A stretch of DNA of 64,000 nucleotides, from contig JAKAEZ010000005.1 in the NCBI GenBank assembly GCA_021819825.1, positions 6,542 to 70,541 on the forward strand, read 5' to 3'. The position numbers and the translations under genes are program-made. This document shows, piece after piece, positions 1-8,292 of the stretch; within the stretch, counting starts at the first letter, position 1; the number at the start of each line of letters is the position of its first letter. The notes beneath the pieces were generated by a model that worked only from the letters and a program-made list of their open reading frames with translations, was not told the origin of the DNA and searched no databases. This DNA comes from Planctomycetota bacterium. Lineage in GTDB: Bacteria; Planctomycetota; Phycisphaerae; WQYP01.

Positions 1-783
1 AACTTGATCTGCTTGAATAGGGGACATAAATTCTACGGTCAACGATTCACAATGAGCGCGCAAAACCGGCACGCGAACGCAGGTGGCAGAAATACGAATA
101 TCGGGGTCACCAAAGATTTTTCGCGTTTCTTTGACCATTTTTATTTCTTCTTCATTGTAGCCCGTATGCAAATCAACAGACGCGTTGTGGCTAAACACGT
201 TAAACGCGTACGGGTGGGGCAGCACCGTGGGGGGGTACTCCTGGCCATTGAGAGCTGCTTTTGTGGCGTCCAGCAATTCCTGCATGGCTGCCGCCCCGGC
301 ACCGCTGGCGGCCTGATAGGTAGCCGCAATAATCCGGGTGATTCGGTTAATTTTATATAGCGGCCACAACGGTACAATGGCAATGATCGTCGAGCAATTG
401 GGGTTGGCAATGATACCTTTATGGTTGTTGATCTCCTGTGGATTAATTTCCGGAACAATCAACGGCACATCCGGGTTCATCCGAAACGCCGAACTGTTAT
501 CTATGACTACCGCACCGGCTTTGGCGGCAATTGGACCAAATTTCTTGCTAAGCGAACCACCGGCGGAGAATAATGCAATATCCACGCCGGAAAAGCTCTG
601 CTCGGTGAGTTCATGCACCGCTAAGGATTGCCCGCGAAAGGCCAGGTGTTTTCCAGCACTGCGCGCGGAAGCAAAGAGCCGCAATTCAGCCAACGGAAAA
701 TTACGTTCCTCCAAGCATCGAAGAAACTCTACACCCACCGCACCGGTGGCACCGACAATAGCAACAATAGGAGGATGATTCAT
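1..783 (-). CDS. asd: Aspartate-semialdehyde dehydrogenase, N-terminal 261 codons (3' end runs off the window start)
   Basis: Absent from the ORF track because it is open at the window edge. My reverse-complement translation from the ATG (complement of 781-783) reads MNHPPIVAIVGATGAVGVEFLRCLEERNFPLAELRLFASARSAGK...FGPIAAKAGAVVIDNSSAFR...IIANPNCSTIIAIVPLWPL. This shows a GxxGxxG dinucleotide fold and the NPNCST active-site Cys motif typical of Asd. Confidence 0.9.
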   Translation of the reverse strand, partial: MNHPPIVAIVGATGAVGVEFLRCLEERNFPLAELRLFASARSAGKHLAFRGQSLAVHELTEQSFSGVDIALFSAGGSLSKKFGPIAAKAGAVVIDNSSAFRMNPDVPLIVPEINPQEINNHKGIIANPNCSTIIAIVPLWPLYKINRITRIIAATYQAASGAGAAAMQELLDATKAALNGQEYPPTVLPHPYAFNVFSHNASVDLHTGYNEEEIKMVKETRKIFGDPDIRISATCVRVPVLRAHCESLTVEFMSPIQADQV

Positions 784-947
784 GGCTTTCCTGTTAATCA
801 CGGTTCCATCTAACAACGCCCATTTCAACTTGAAAGGGCTTTTTCCGGAGGGATTATACTACAGGAGCACAGCAGATGGCACATCCAGCGACAAAGTGAC
901 GTTATTACTGCCCGTGACGGCGTATGGATTTGCTCCCATTTAGCGCA

Positions 948-975
948 ATTTAACATAACATATATTATCGGACCC
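948..975 (-). other. dif-like XerC/XerD recombination site (left prophage boundary)
   Basis: The complement reads GGGTCCGATAA-TATATG-TTATGTTAAAT. E. coli dif (from memory) is GGTGCGCATAA-TGTATA-TTATGTTAAAT. XerD arm 11/11, centre 4/6, XerC arm 7/11 with the inner ATAA conserved; 22/28 overall. Confidence 0.7.
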
Positions 976-1095
976 TGTAAATAACACCGGATCACGGGAA
1001 TTAGGCACCCAACGCATCAACCATCTCACGGGCAAACGCTACCACGCGGCCAATGCGTTCACGCCCGATAAGATCGCCGCGGCAAGGAACAAACC

Positions 1096-1293
1096 ATGCA
1101 AACCATCGCAACGACCTATTGCACACAATGCGGATACCTGTACTACGGAGAAGACCGCAAGGCAGCAATCAAGGCCAACATCAACCACGGAAGACAGCCC
1201 CAAAACAACAGCCACACCATCGTTACAGAAATCGCCCGCAAGGACCCAACCCGAGAACTCAAACCGATCACAATATTGTCCGCAAACCCCTGA
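1096..1293 (+). CDS. Small CxxC...H...H putative zinc-binding protein (paralog group with 9283-9483 and 9480-9686)
   Basis: 65 aa, ...TYCTQCGYLYYGEDRKAAIKANINHGRQPQNNSH... It has the same CxxC-(18-19 aa)-His-cluster layout as the two tandem mini-proteins downstream of the secretin-like gene. Confidence 0.5.
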   Translation: MQTIATTYCTQCGYLYYGEDRKAAIKANINHGRQPQNNSHTIVTEIARKDPTRELKPITILSANP

Positions 1294-1339
1294 ACAAAAC
1301 GGACCGACCAACAACCACGGGCACCTATTTTACAAGTGA

Positions 1340-1666
1340 ATGGAACCCAAGATGATGACCTATTGCATAAGAGGAAACGTCACCAACACCAAACGATGGA
1401 TGGACAAAGAAGGAACGCCCGGAACACTCGTTACCATCAGAGACGACAACCAGACCATGACCATCGCAACGACCAACGCACCACCAGAAATAGGCGACTT
1501 AATCGAAGCAATAGGCGGCCTGCGCGTAAAAAGCTACAAGGGATACACAAACACCGTCTTAACCCGGGCAACCATCCAAATTCTCATACCAGCAAAACAA
1601 TCCGAAACCGAAGGCGGAGAAACCCCGGCAACGCGCCGGGAACCGACCCAAGGACGGACAAATTAA
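1340..1666 (+). CDS. Hypothetical phage protein (ssDNA-binding role possible by position and size only)
   Basis: 108-aa ORF in the only frame with ordinary amino-acid composition. It lies just upstream of rep, where inoviruses keep small DNA-binding proteins. No motif recognised. Confidence 0.4.
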   Translation: MEPKMMTYCIRGNVTNTKRWMDKEGTPGTLVTIRDDNQTMTIATTNAPPEIGDLIEAIGGLRVKSYKGYTNTVLTRATIQILIPAKQSETEGGETPATRREPTQGRTN

Positions 1667-1678
1667 GGAGCCAGGACA

Positions 1679-1966
1679 ATGGCATCAGAGTACACATACC
1701 ACGGAATCCTGCAGGGAATCAAACCGGCCCTCGACTACAAGGGAAACCCGGAACCCGACTGCCAAGAGGTCATCATCAAGATCGACAGCGGCTTAGCCAC
1801 CGGCAGGGCAACCGGCGACTTCCCAGACATCGCGAAACACTTCGGCAAGGAAATCCGGTTAACCGGCCCAATCACCGTGAAATACTCCGAAAAGATGCGC
1901 AGAGCCTTTACGGACCTCGGCCCCGGCAAAATCACCGCCGCAACCAACCCCGGAAACCTCAAATAA
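1679..1966 (+). CDS. Hypothetical phage protein
   Basis: 95-aa ORF with an AAGGAG Shine-Dalgarno sequence 8 nt upstream of the ATG. Composition looks globular. No motif recognised. Confidence 0.5.
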   Translation: MASEYTYHGILQGIKPALDYKGNPEPDCQEVIIKIDSGLATGRATGDFPDIAKHFGKEIRLTGPITVKYSEKMRRAFTDLGPGKITAATNPGNLK

Positions 1967-1982
1967 GAAAACCTTTTCAAAC

Positions 1983-2038
1983 GGGGCCGGGCGAACGGCC
2001 GACGCGTCTCATAAACCCAGGCCAAGTACCCCGGCCCC
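1983..2038. other. GC-rich long-range hairpin upstream of rep (candidate origin or packaging signal)
   Basis: GGGGCCGGG (1983-1991) pairs with CCCGGCCCC (2030-2038). The loop contains the palindrome GACGCGTC. It is a conspicuous G-containing island in an otherwise G/T-poor strand, in the 90-nt gap before the rep ATG. Confidence 0.3.
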
Positions 2039-2056
2039 TAAGTAAAAAGAGACCAA

Positions 2057-3376
2057 ATGTACGTAGACAACCCACAACCCGAAACTGAAAAGCCGACCAC
2101 GCTATGGCGCGGAATCGACACGATCAAAATCGGCATCGGAGGAACCAACACCAACACCGCCCTACCCACACTACGCGAACTACAAGAACAAGTCCGGCAA
2201 TCCCCAGCCCAGTACCAATACGACTTAGCCGGCAAAGTATGGGCAATCCTCCCATACGGACGCAAAAAATACCGATACGGCCTGCAACACGGGCAACTAA
2301 GCCTATTCTTTTCCGAGGAAGAATACTCCCCGGAAACACCGAACATAATGGCCGAGGCCTACCCGTCCGCGATCGCCGGACGGAACGTACACGAACTGCA
2401 AAACGACATAAACATAGCCCTCGCAGAACTCGGAGTAGATCCCAACTGGACAAAAGTATCCGAACTACACCTAACCACCGATACACACGCCCCGGACAAA
2501 CTGGCCATCACCGACATCTACGACACCAACCACAACCCGCTATGGATCAGCAAGGCACGCAAAGTACAAGCAATCACGGACCACCAGCAGGACGTAGAAC
2601 GGCTAATAACACGCGGGGCAACCCTGCAAAGCCTCAGATACGGCGGATCACTGCTGCACGTCCGAATCTACAACAAGCAGGAGGAACTCAAAATACACCC
2701 CGACAAGCAATGGGAAATGACCCTATGGAACAACCCCTACGCGCAACACGTAACGCGCGTAGAATTCCAAATCCGCAGGGAAAAACTGAAATGCTTCCGC
2801 GTAGACGGAACCCAGAACCTACCAGGACAAATAGCAGGAATCTGGAAATACCTAACCGAGGAATGGTTCACATTAAACGAACGCAACCCCAACGGAAAGA
2901 ACCGCGACGCCACCCCATCCAAATTCTGGGAAACTGTACAAGGCGCATGGAAAACCGCAACACCACGGAAACCATACCCGAAGCCACAAGCCAACGCGGC
3001 CCAACGGCTTTCCCAAGCCTACGGAAACCTAATATCGGCCGCCGCCATACTGGACATGCACCAAGAGGCCCAGATAACCGACCTATTCAACTTATGGAAA
3101 CAAACCCACGGACAAGACTGGCCGGAACACGTCCGCCAACGCCAGGACAAAATACAAACGCTGCAAGGCAGGATACGCATCAGAGATCAAGCCCTCGAAC
3201 TCGAATTCGAGGAACACAATCGCGCACCGACTACCCCCATACTCGAAAAAACCAATGAAAATAAGCCCGAAATATCGCTATTTGCGCACTTAGAAGGGGG
3301 GATGCTATTAACCATCCCCAAAGCAGGCGGCGGCGTCTGCGCCGCCGCCGCCGCCAATGCCCAATGGGAAAGATAA
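2057..3376 (+). CDS. Rolling-circle replication initiator, Rep_trans (RstA/pII-like) family
   Basis: 439 aa. ...SLLHVRIYNKQEELK... resembles the R-x-Y-[DN]-K motif of Rep_trans proteins (pT181 RepC, CTXphi RstA). Size and position fit a filamentous-phage initiator. Confidence 0.7.
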   Translation: MYVDNPQPETEKPTTLWRGIDTIKIGIGGTNTNTALPTLRELQEQVRQSPAQYQYDLAGKVWAILPYGRKKYRYGLQHGQLSLFFSEEEYSPETPNIMAEAYPSAIAGRNVHELQNDINIALAELGVDPNWTKVSELHLTTDTHAPDKLAITDIYDTNHNPLWISKARKVQAITDHQQDVERLITRGATLQSLRYGGSLLHVRIYNKQEELKIHPDKQWEMTLWNNPYAQHVTRVEFQIRREKLKCFRVDGTQNLPGQIAGIWKYLTEEWFTLNERNPNGKNRDATPSKFWETVQGAWKTATPRKPYPKPQANAAQRLSQAYGNLISAAAILDMHQEAQITDLFNLWKQTHGQDWPEHVRQRQDKIQTLQGRIRIRDQALELEFEEHNRAPTTPILEKTNENKPEISLFAHLEGGMLLTIPKAGGGVCAAAAANAQWER

Positions 3377-3401
3377 CAAAAGAAACAAACAGGAAAAGAA
3401 G

Positions 3402-3662
3402 ATGAGGACGAAAACATGGATATACGTAATCGCGACAATCACTATTACCACGCTGGCATCGCAATCGCACGCATCGCCCGCACCCGTCACAATCTCCCAA
3501 CCGACAACAAGCCCAGTACCGGTATACCAGACGGAACCGGCCTACGACCCAGCCCTCGACGCATGGAGTGTAGTACAGGGATACGGCGACGCATTTTGCT
3601 TATGGGGCTTTACTTGGTCAGTATCGTATGTCTTGCGACTGCTTATCCGAACACTGTCATAG
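3402..3662 (+). CDS. Small exported protein (signal peptide plus hydrophobic-basic C-terminus), capsid or membrane component candidate
   Basis: MRTKTWIYVIATITITTLASQSHA/SPAP... looks like a signal peptide. The C-terminus is ...AFCLWGFTWSVSYVLRLLIRTLS. Start chosen at the internal ATG 3402 of track ORF 3357-3662. Confidence 0.45.
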   Translation: MRTKTWIYVIATITITTLASQSHASPAPVTISQPTTSPVPVYQTEPAYDPALDAWSVVQGYGDAFCLWGFTWSVSYVLRLLIRTLS

Positions 3663-3847
3663 CGTCAAACGCACCCACGACAATGCCAAATGGGGCAACA
3701 ATGACCGACAGCACGAACGACCCAAGCATAGTACTAAGTATCTGGAATGACACCGACCCGTACCTAATCAATCTGGCAGAAGCCATAGCCGCCCTCTGGG
3801 GCGCTTGGTGGGCATGGACGAAATTAACCGACACATTGACCGCCTAA
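3602..3847 (+). CDS. Coat-protein-like small protein (start uncertain: 3602 or 3683)
   Basis: This is the C-terminal part of track ORF 3416-3847. It has a signal-like segment MGLYLVSIVCLATAYPNTVIA, an acidic segment (TDSTNDPS...DTDPY), then the hydrophobic helix AEAIAALWGAWWAWTKL. It shares the WWAW motif with 3875-4210. It overlaps the 3' end of 3402-3662 in another frame. Confidence 0.35.
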   Translation: MGLYLVSIVCLATAYPNTVIASNAPTTMPNGATMTDSTNDPSIVLSIWNDTDPYLINLAEAIAALWGAWWAWTKLTDTLTA

Positions 3848-3874
3848 GCCGGGCCGTCAGAAAGAGAGGCCACG

Positions 3875-4210
3875 ATGTTGAAATCGTTGCTCCAAAACGC
3901 CACATCACGAGGCGTCAAGATCGTGAAGAACACTTACACCGCCCTCGGAAAAACCGGCCGCAAAATGGCCGCGCTGATCTTAGCCGGCGGAACCGTAACC
4001 GCGCTTGCCAACGTAGCGCACGCGAGCACTTCCGGCAGCACCACACCATCGACCGCTGCCGTGCAGTACTCCACCTTCTACAGCATGTACGACGTGCTTA
4101 ACAGCATATTGAACATCCTGTACCCCGTTGTGGTGCCCATCCTCATAGCCGGAAGCGCGATTTTCGTCGCGTGGTGGGCTTGGCACCGCCTCAAGGGAGC
4201 TGTCTCCTAA
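3875..4210 (+). CDS. Major-coat-protein-like (pVIII-like) protein
   Basis: 111 aa. Signal-like MAALILAGGTVTALANVAHA, a Ser/Thr-rich segment, the hydrophobic helix ILYPVVVPILIAGSAIFVAWWAW and the basic tail HRLKGAVS. AGAGAGG lies 5 nt upstream of the ATG. Confidence 0.55.
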   Translation: MLKSLLQNATSRGVKIVKNTYTALGKTGRKMAALILAGGTVTALANVAHASTSGSTTPSTAAVQYSTFYSMYDVLNSILNILYPVVVPILIAGSAIFVAWWAWHRLKGAVS

Positions 4211-4313
4211 GACAGAAGCCCCTTACAGCAACTGTGATCCGGCCGTGCGGCTGGCAGTAGCTTAATCACCCAAGACGGCCCGGCTTAGACGGCCAGCGCG
4301 AAAGGAAAGGACC

Positions 4314-6620
4314 ATGAAACATGTTACACGCAATCAGCTACATCGCAGGAATCCTATTATGGAAGTTCACCATGTACGACACTTGGTTAGGCCCAATGCT
4401 GGACCCGGAAAAATGGCGCAGGCCCCGAAGGTAGCCCTGCACTCCAACGGAGCCAACTTTCTCTACGCCGCCGCCCTCGGAACCGCGATACTGGCCGCCG
4501 CAGCCACCAGCGCAGGCGCGTACACCGCAGGATCAGCGGATTACGGACAAGTAATAAGCCAACTCCAACAAATGAACAGCGAAACCAGCCCAATGGACCA
4601 AGCAACGCTAACCTACCAAGTAGCCCAAGAAAACAACCTGCAAACCATCGAAAGCACCCTAAAGACCGCAACACAAACAAACCTAAACGGCACCCCAATG
4701 TCAATGTTAGCCCAAACAGTCGGCATCGGATCCTACAACCCGCCGACGTCGGCAATGACCTTCTCACCGACATACTACAGCCACGGAGGAACGGCGGCAC
4801 AAGGATTCCAAAGCGTATGGCAATGGATCCCAGGAACCCAAAGCCCCCGAAGCGTCTACGTAGACGGACAAGGATACTCCGTATTCCAAAGCCCCAACGG
4901 GAACAGCTACTTCGACTGGAACCCCTACAACGCGGCCGCCGTCAACGTGGAAACCACCGGCGACGCCAACTGGAACACAGCCAGCGCAACGACCGGAACA
5001 CCGTACAGCGTCTTCCGAGACAACTTCGGAAGCTCAGTGTTCACCAACACCAACGGACAAGCCTACCTATCCGCAGACTATCCCGTGCCACACGTGGCCA
5101 ACACAACTGCCGTTGGATCGGCCTTCACAACCGGCGTCGGCCTACAAACGTCGGTATTCCAATGGCAAGAGTACAACGCCAATACCGGAACCGGTTACGG
5201 CACAACCGAAGATAGCTCCGGATACCCAGAACCCATGTTCTCCGTGTTCACAGCAGGAAGCGGACCAAAATCAGGAAACGGAGCCCACGGCATAGGAAGC
5301 GTATTTGTCACCGACGACACACAAAACGGCAATGTAGACAATAGCGTATTTCTCGACCAATACGGAAACAGCTACCTAGACGACATAGAATCGGCACTAG
5401 CGCTGAGCACACCGACGTACCAAAGCATCTACGGCAACGCCAGCAACGGAAACACCTACGCATACAACCAATCCGGCCAACTCGAATGGATATCGCCATG
5501 GCAGCAAGGAGCCCAAACATACGCACAAACCAACGAACCCATCGGAATCGCCCAAATACTCGCCATAGCAGACGGCGAAGCCCCCGACTACAACCCAGCC
5601 ACCGACACGATAATGTTCACCCCATCCTACCAATACCTAACCAGCGCCAGCACGATGCAAAACCCACTAGAAACCATACAGCAATGGTACGCTGGACCCA
5701 ACGCCGGAGGCTGGCAATACAGCAACGAATTCGCCGCCGCTTTCTTTAATCCACCGGCAAGCGGGGCAACAACGCTTGTCCCTTATTTGTCCGCTTTTGG
5801 AGGCTGGCAAGACTCAATCGCCTACCAAGACAGCTTAACCACCAACGAGAACAACACCACCAGCGCAATAAACACGGCAGAAGGACAGTTGGACACCACT
5901 TTCAACAACTACGCGCCAACAACCACGCCCAGCCCGCAAACACCCGCAACCGGCTTACAAGGCGGCTGGTCCACATCATGGATACTGCCCATCAACGCAA
6001 TATCCACCACAATAGGGACAATCACCGACAGTGACACCGCCACCGAAGGAAACAACGCCGGATACGCCCTCGACAACAACTCGCACAATGTTGTAGGAGC
6101 CATACAAGACCTCATAAGCCGCATCCAACAGGGATCAGGATACAACCCGCCATCCAACCTACTGCAATACACCAAAACAACAAACTTAGCCCCGGAATAC
6201 ACCGGCGACGGAGGCGACAGCCCCAACGGCACAAGCAGCCAATACGCGACACTCGACGCGGTCGACGATGGAGAATTCAGCTTCCTTGCCGGAGCCGTTT
6301 ACGGAATGCAATGGTTCCGAGCCAATACGCCATGGCTGGCCTACATTTTCGGATTTTTCTTAACGCTCTTCACCGTACTGAAGGCATGGCAATTAATCTA
6401 CTGGGGAATCAACGGTGGAAGCTTCCCGCTCATATTCAACCCTCATAACCGCGTCCCCGGCAGCGCCGACTTAACGCCCGGAATAGCCAACATCGCCGGA
6501 ACATCCACGGCCAACGTCAAACCCGACTTTGCCACCACACAAGAACAATGGGAAACCCAGGACAAACTACGAAGCGGCCGCACGTTCACCAAGGCCGCAG
6601 ACGGGACGGAAGTATCATGA
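4314..6620 (+). CDS. Large adsorption/minor-coat (pIII-like) protein
   Basis: 768 aa. N-terminal hydrophobic segment FLYAAALGTAILAAAATSAGA; an N/T/S/G/Y/Q-rich body with recurring SVF motifs; a C-terminal membrane anchor WLAYIFGFFLTLFTVLKAW. GAAAGGAAAGGA ribosome-binding site. An alternative start at 4413 (MAQAPK...) would give a conventional signal peptide. Confidence 0.55.
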   Translation: MKHVTRNQLHRRNPIMEVHHVRHLVRPNAGPGKMAQAPKVALHSNGANFLYAAALGTAILAAAATSAGAYTAGSADYGQVISQLQQMNSETSPMDQATLTYQVAQENNLQTIESTLKTATQTNLNGTPMSMLAQTVGIGSYNPPTSAMTFSPTYYSHGGTAAQGFQSVWQWIPGTQSPRSVYVDGQGYSVFQSPNGNSYFDWNPYNAAAVNVETTGDANWNTASATTGTPYSVFRDNFGSSVFTNTNGQAYLSADYPVPHVANTTAVGSAFTTGVGLQTSVFQWQEYNANTGTGYGTTEDSSGYPEPMFSVFTAGSGPKSGNGAHGIGSVFVTDDTQNGNVDNSVFLDQYGNSYLDDIESALALSTPTYQSIYGNASNGNTYAYNQSGQLEWISPWQQGAQTYAQTNEPIGIAQILAIADGEAPDYNPATDTIMFTPSYQYLTSASTMQNPLETIQQWYAGPNAGGWQYSNEFAAAFFNPPASGATTLVPYLSAFGGWQDSIAYQDSLTTNENNTTSAINTAEGQLDTTFNNYAPTTTPSPQTPATGLQGGWSTSWILPINAISTTIGTITDSDTATEGNNAGYALDNNSHNVVGAIQDLISRIQQGSGYNPPSNLLQYTKTTNLAPEYTGDGGDSPNGTSSQYATLDAVDDGEFSFLAGAVYGMQWFRANTPWLAYIFGFFLTLFTVLKAWQLIYWGINGGSFPLIFNPHNRVPGSADLTPGIANIAGTSTANVKPDFATTQEQWETQDKLRSGRTFTKAADGTEVS

Positions 6621-6985
6621 ACGACGTACTGCAAATCGGAGATTTTGCCGCCAGACTCTTCTGGCATTTTGTTGTAGCCGCCCTTGGCCTCATTCAACAA
6701 CTCATAATATTTGTCACCCAAACCGGCTGGCAATTCCTAACCCAACTCCTCCAGGACGCCGCCAATATCTGCGGACTGGGAAACGCGATCCAACCCATCC
6801 AAGGGGCAATGCTGCCCTACTGGAACGATTGCAGCCTTATTGTCAACTGGATGGCAAGCACTTTCGTGGGCAACGGAACCCTGCAACTCTGCCTAAGCAT
6901 CATCATCAACGCACTGGCCGTCGCGCTGATCCTGCGAGGCGTATTCACCATCTACAGCAAGATACCAGTAGCAGGGAGAAACTAA
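6617..6985 (+). CDS. pVI-like integral membrane protein
   Basis: 122 aa starting at an ATG that overlaps the upstream stop (ATGA at 6617-6620). Hydrophobic segments FWHFVVAALGLIQQLIIFV and LCLSIIINALAVALILRGVF. It sits between the pIII-like and Zot-like genes, as in inoviruses. Confidence 0.45.
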   Translation: MNDVLQIGDFAARLFWHFVVAALGLIQQLIIFVTQTGWQFLTQLLQDAANICGLGNAIQPIQGAMLPYWNDCSLIVNWMASTFVGNGTLQLCLSIIINALAVALILRGVFTIYSKIPVAGRN

Positions 6986-7086
6986 TGATATTCGGATACA
7001 TCGTAATATTCATATTCTGCGTACTACCCACCCTACTTATGCTCGGAATATGCATCATGAACACATGGGAAGAATGGAAAAAGTAA
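6985..7086 (+). CDS. 33-aa hydrophobic peptide (pVII/pIX-like by size)
   Basis: MIFGYIVIFIFCVLPTLLMLGICIMNTWEEWKK. Its ATG overlaps the upstream stop (TAATG). It is too short for the ORF track except as the tail of spurious ORF 6529-7086. Confidence 0.35.
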   Translation: MIFGYIVIFIFCVLPTLLMLGICIMNTWEEWKK

Positions 7087-7089
7087 ACC

Positions 7090-8292
7090 ATGGACGGAAG
7101 CCTTACCATCATCGACGGCGAACCCGGGAACGGCAAAACCCTGCAAACCGTAAGGCTTATGCTGGACTCGGCCCGCAGACACCGCCACATCACAACCAAC
7201 GTGGCACTGAAGGCCGGCTTCATAAGAACCGCCAAGAAAATCTATCCCGACATCAAAATAATCAAACCCACCGCGGCCGAAGCCAAACTATTCTGGCAAT
7301 ACATACCGCCCGGAACCGATATCTACATCGACGAAGCCCATTTACTGTGGAACAGCAACTTTTGGAAGGAAAATCGGCAGAAAGATTTCCTTGAATACAT
7401 CAGCCAATTCCGCAAGGAAGGCGACACCATCTATCTATTGGCCCAGCACTACGAAAATCTTGACCTATTCATACGCCAACGCGCGTCAACACTGTGGACC
7501 TGCCGAGTACTCCGCTGGCCCCGCTGGATACCCATTAAATCACTGAAAACCGATACCGGCGGAAAACCGATACTCTTCTCGGTCAACGCATGGACCACCC
7601 GGGAAGGAGAACGGCACACCCGTAAATTCTTTCTACCCAGAATCTACACGCCCGGAATGTGCCAAGGTCTGTACCAGATGTACGACACCCGAGGAACCGT
7701 CGAAACATCCACAACCGGATACCGACACACCCGCCCAACATGGGCCCAATTCATGCAGCAGCAGGAGCCGAAAACCATGGCAACCATCCTAACCGAGGAC
7801 AACCCGACCGGAGAAGCCCAACCCGCCGCGGCAGCCCCGGCCACGAACCCAACCGTAGTCATCAACAACCAAGCCCCGACCGAACCACAGAAAAAGAGCC
7901 GACTAAAACGATACGCGACGATCACCGCAATCATACTTGCCGCCGGATTCATAGCCACGCAATATCAAAAAGACCACCCCAAAAAGAAAGAAACCCAACG
8001 GGCCAGCACAACGCGGATAGCACGCACAGGACCACCCAAACGACAACGGATCACCTACTACGGAACCATCGGAAACCAAGTCATTGTAAGCCAGAAAGGA
8101 CAATATGGACTCTGGACAATCGGGAAAAGCCAGGACGGATACGGTATCGCTATGGCCAATTCTAACGGTATTTTTCTGCGCGACCCTACTGGGAGGCTGC
8201 ACTACCGGGCTTGGTGGACTCCGCCGACCCATCACAATCACCATGACGCAACAAAGCCCAAACCCGCTACCGGGCCACTGGCCAAGTTTTGA
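7090..8292 (+). CDS. Zot/pI-family filamentous-phage assembly NTPase
   Basis: MDGSLTIIDGEPGNGKT...HITTNV parallels the CTXphi Zot N-terminus (...HHGAPGSYKT...HIITNV, recalled from memory). Walker B IYIDEAH. A single TM (YATITAIILAAGFIATQY) is followed by a ~100-aa periplasmic tail, as in pI. Confidence 0.85.
   Translation: MDGSLTIIDGEPGNGKTLQTVRLMLDSARRHRHITTNVALKAGFIRTAKKIYPDIKIIKPTAAEAKLFWQYIPPGTDIYIDEAHLLWNSNFWKENRQKDFLEYISQFRKEGDTIYLLAQHYENLDLFIRQRASTLWTCRVLRWPRWIPIKSLKTDTGGKPILFSVNAWTTREGERHTRKFFLPRIYTPGMCQGLYQMYDTRGTVETSTTGYRHTRPTWAQFMQQQEPKTMATILTEDNPTGEAQPAAAAPATNPTVVINNQAPTEPQKKSRLKRYATITAIILAAGFIATQYQKDHPKKKETQRASTTRIARTGPPKRQRITYYGTIGNQVIVSQKGQYGLWTIGKSQDGYGIAMANSNGIFLRDPTGRLHYRAWWTPPTHHNHHDATKPKPATGPLAKF

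Noticed and set aside
1336-2088. 250-aa ORF rich in R/N/P/H/Q that overlaps 1340-1666 and 1679-1966 in another frame
   Set aside because: This is a low-complexity, basic translation typical of an off-frame reading of A/C-rich DNA. T scarcity removes stop codons, so open frames are expected by chance. The alternative frames give normal globular or membrane-protein composition and have ribosome-binding sites.
2104-3258. 384-aa ORF fully nested in the rep gene in another frame
   Set aside because: Same compositional artefact (runs of R, T, P, N, H). The rep frame carries the Rep_trans-like motif.
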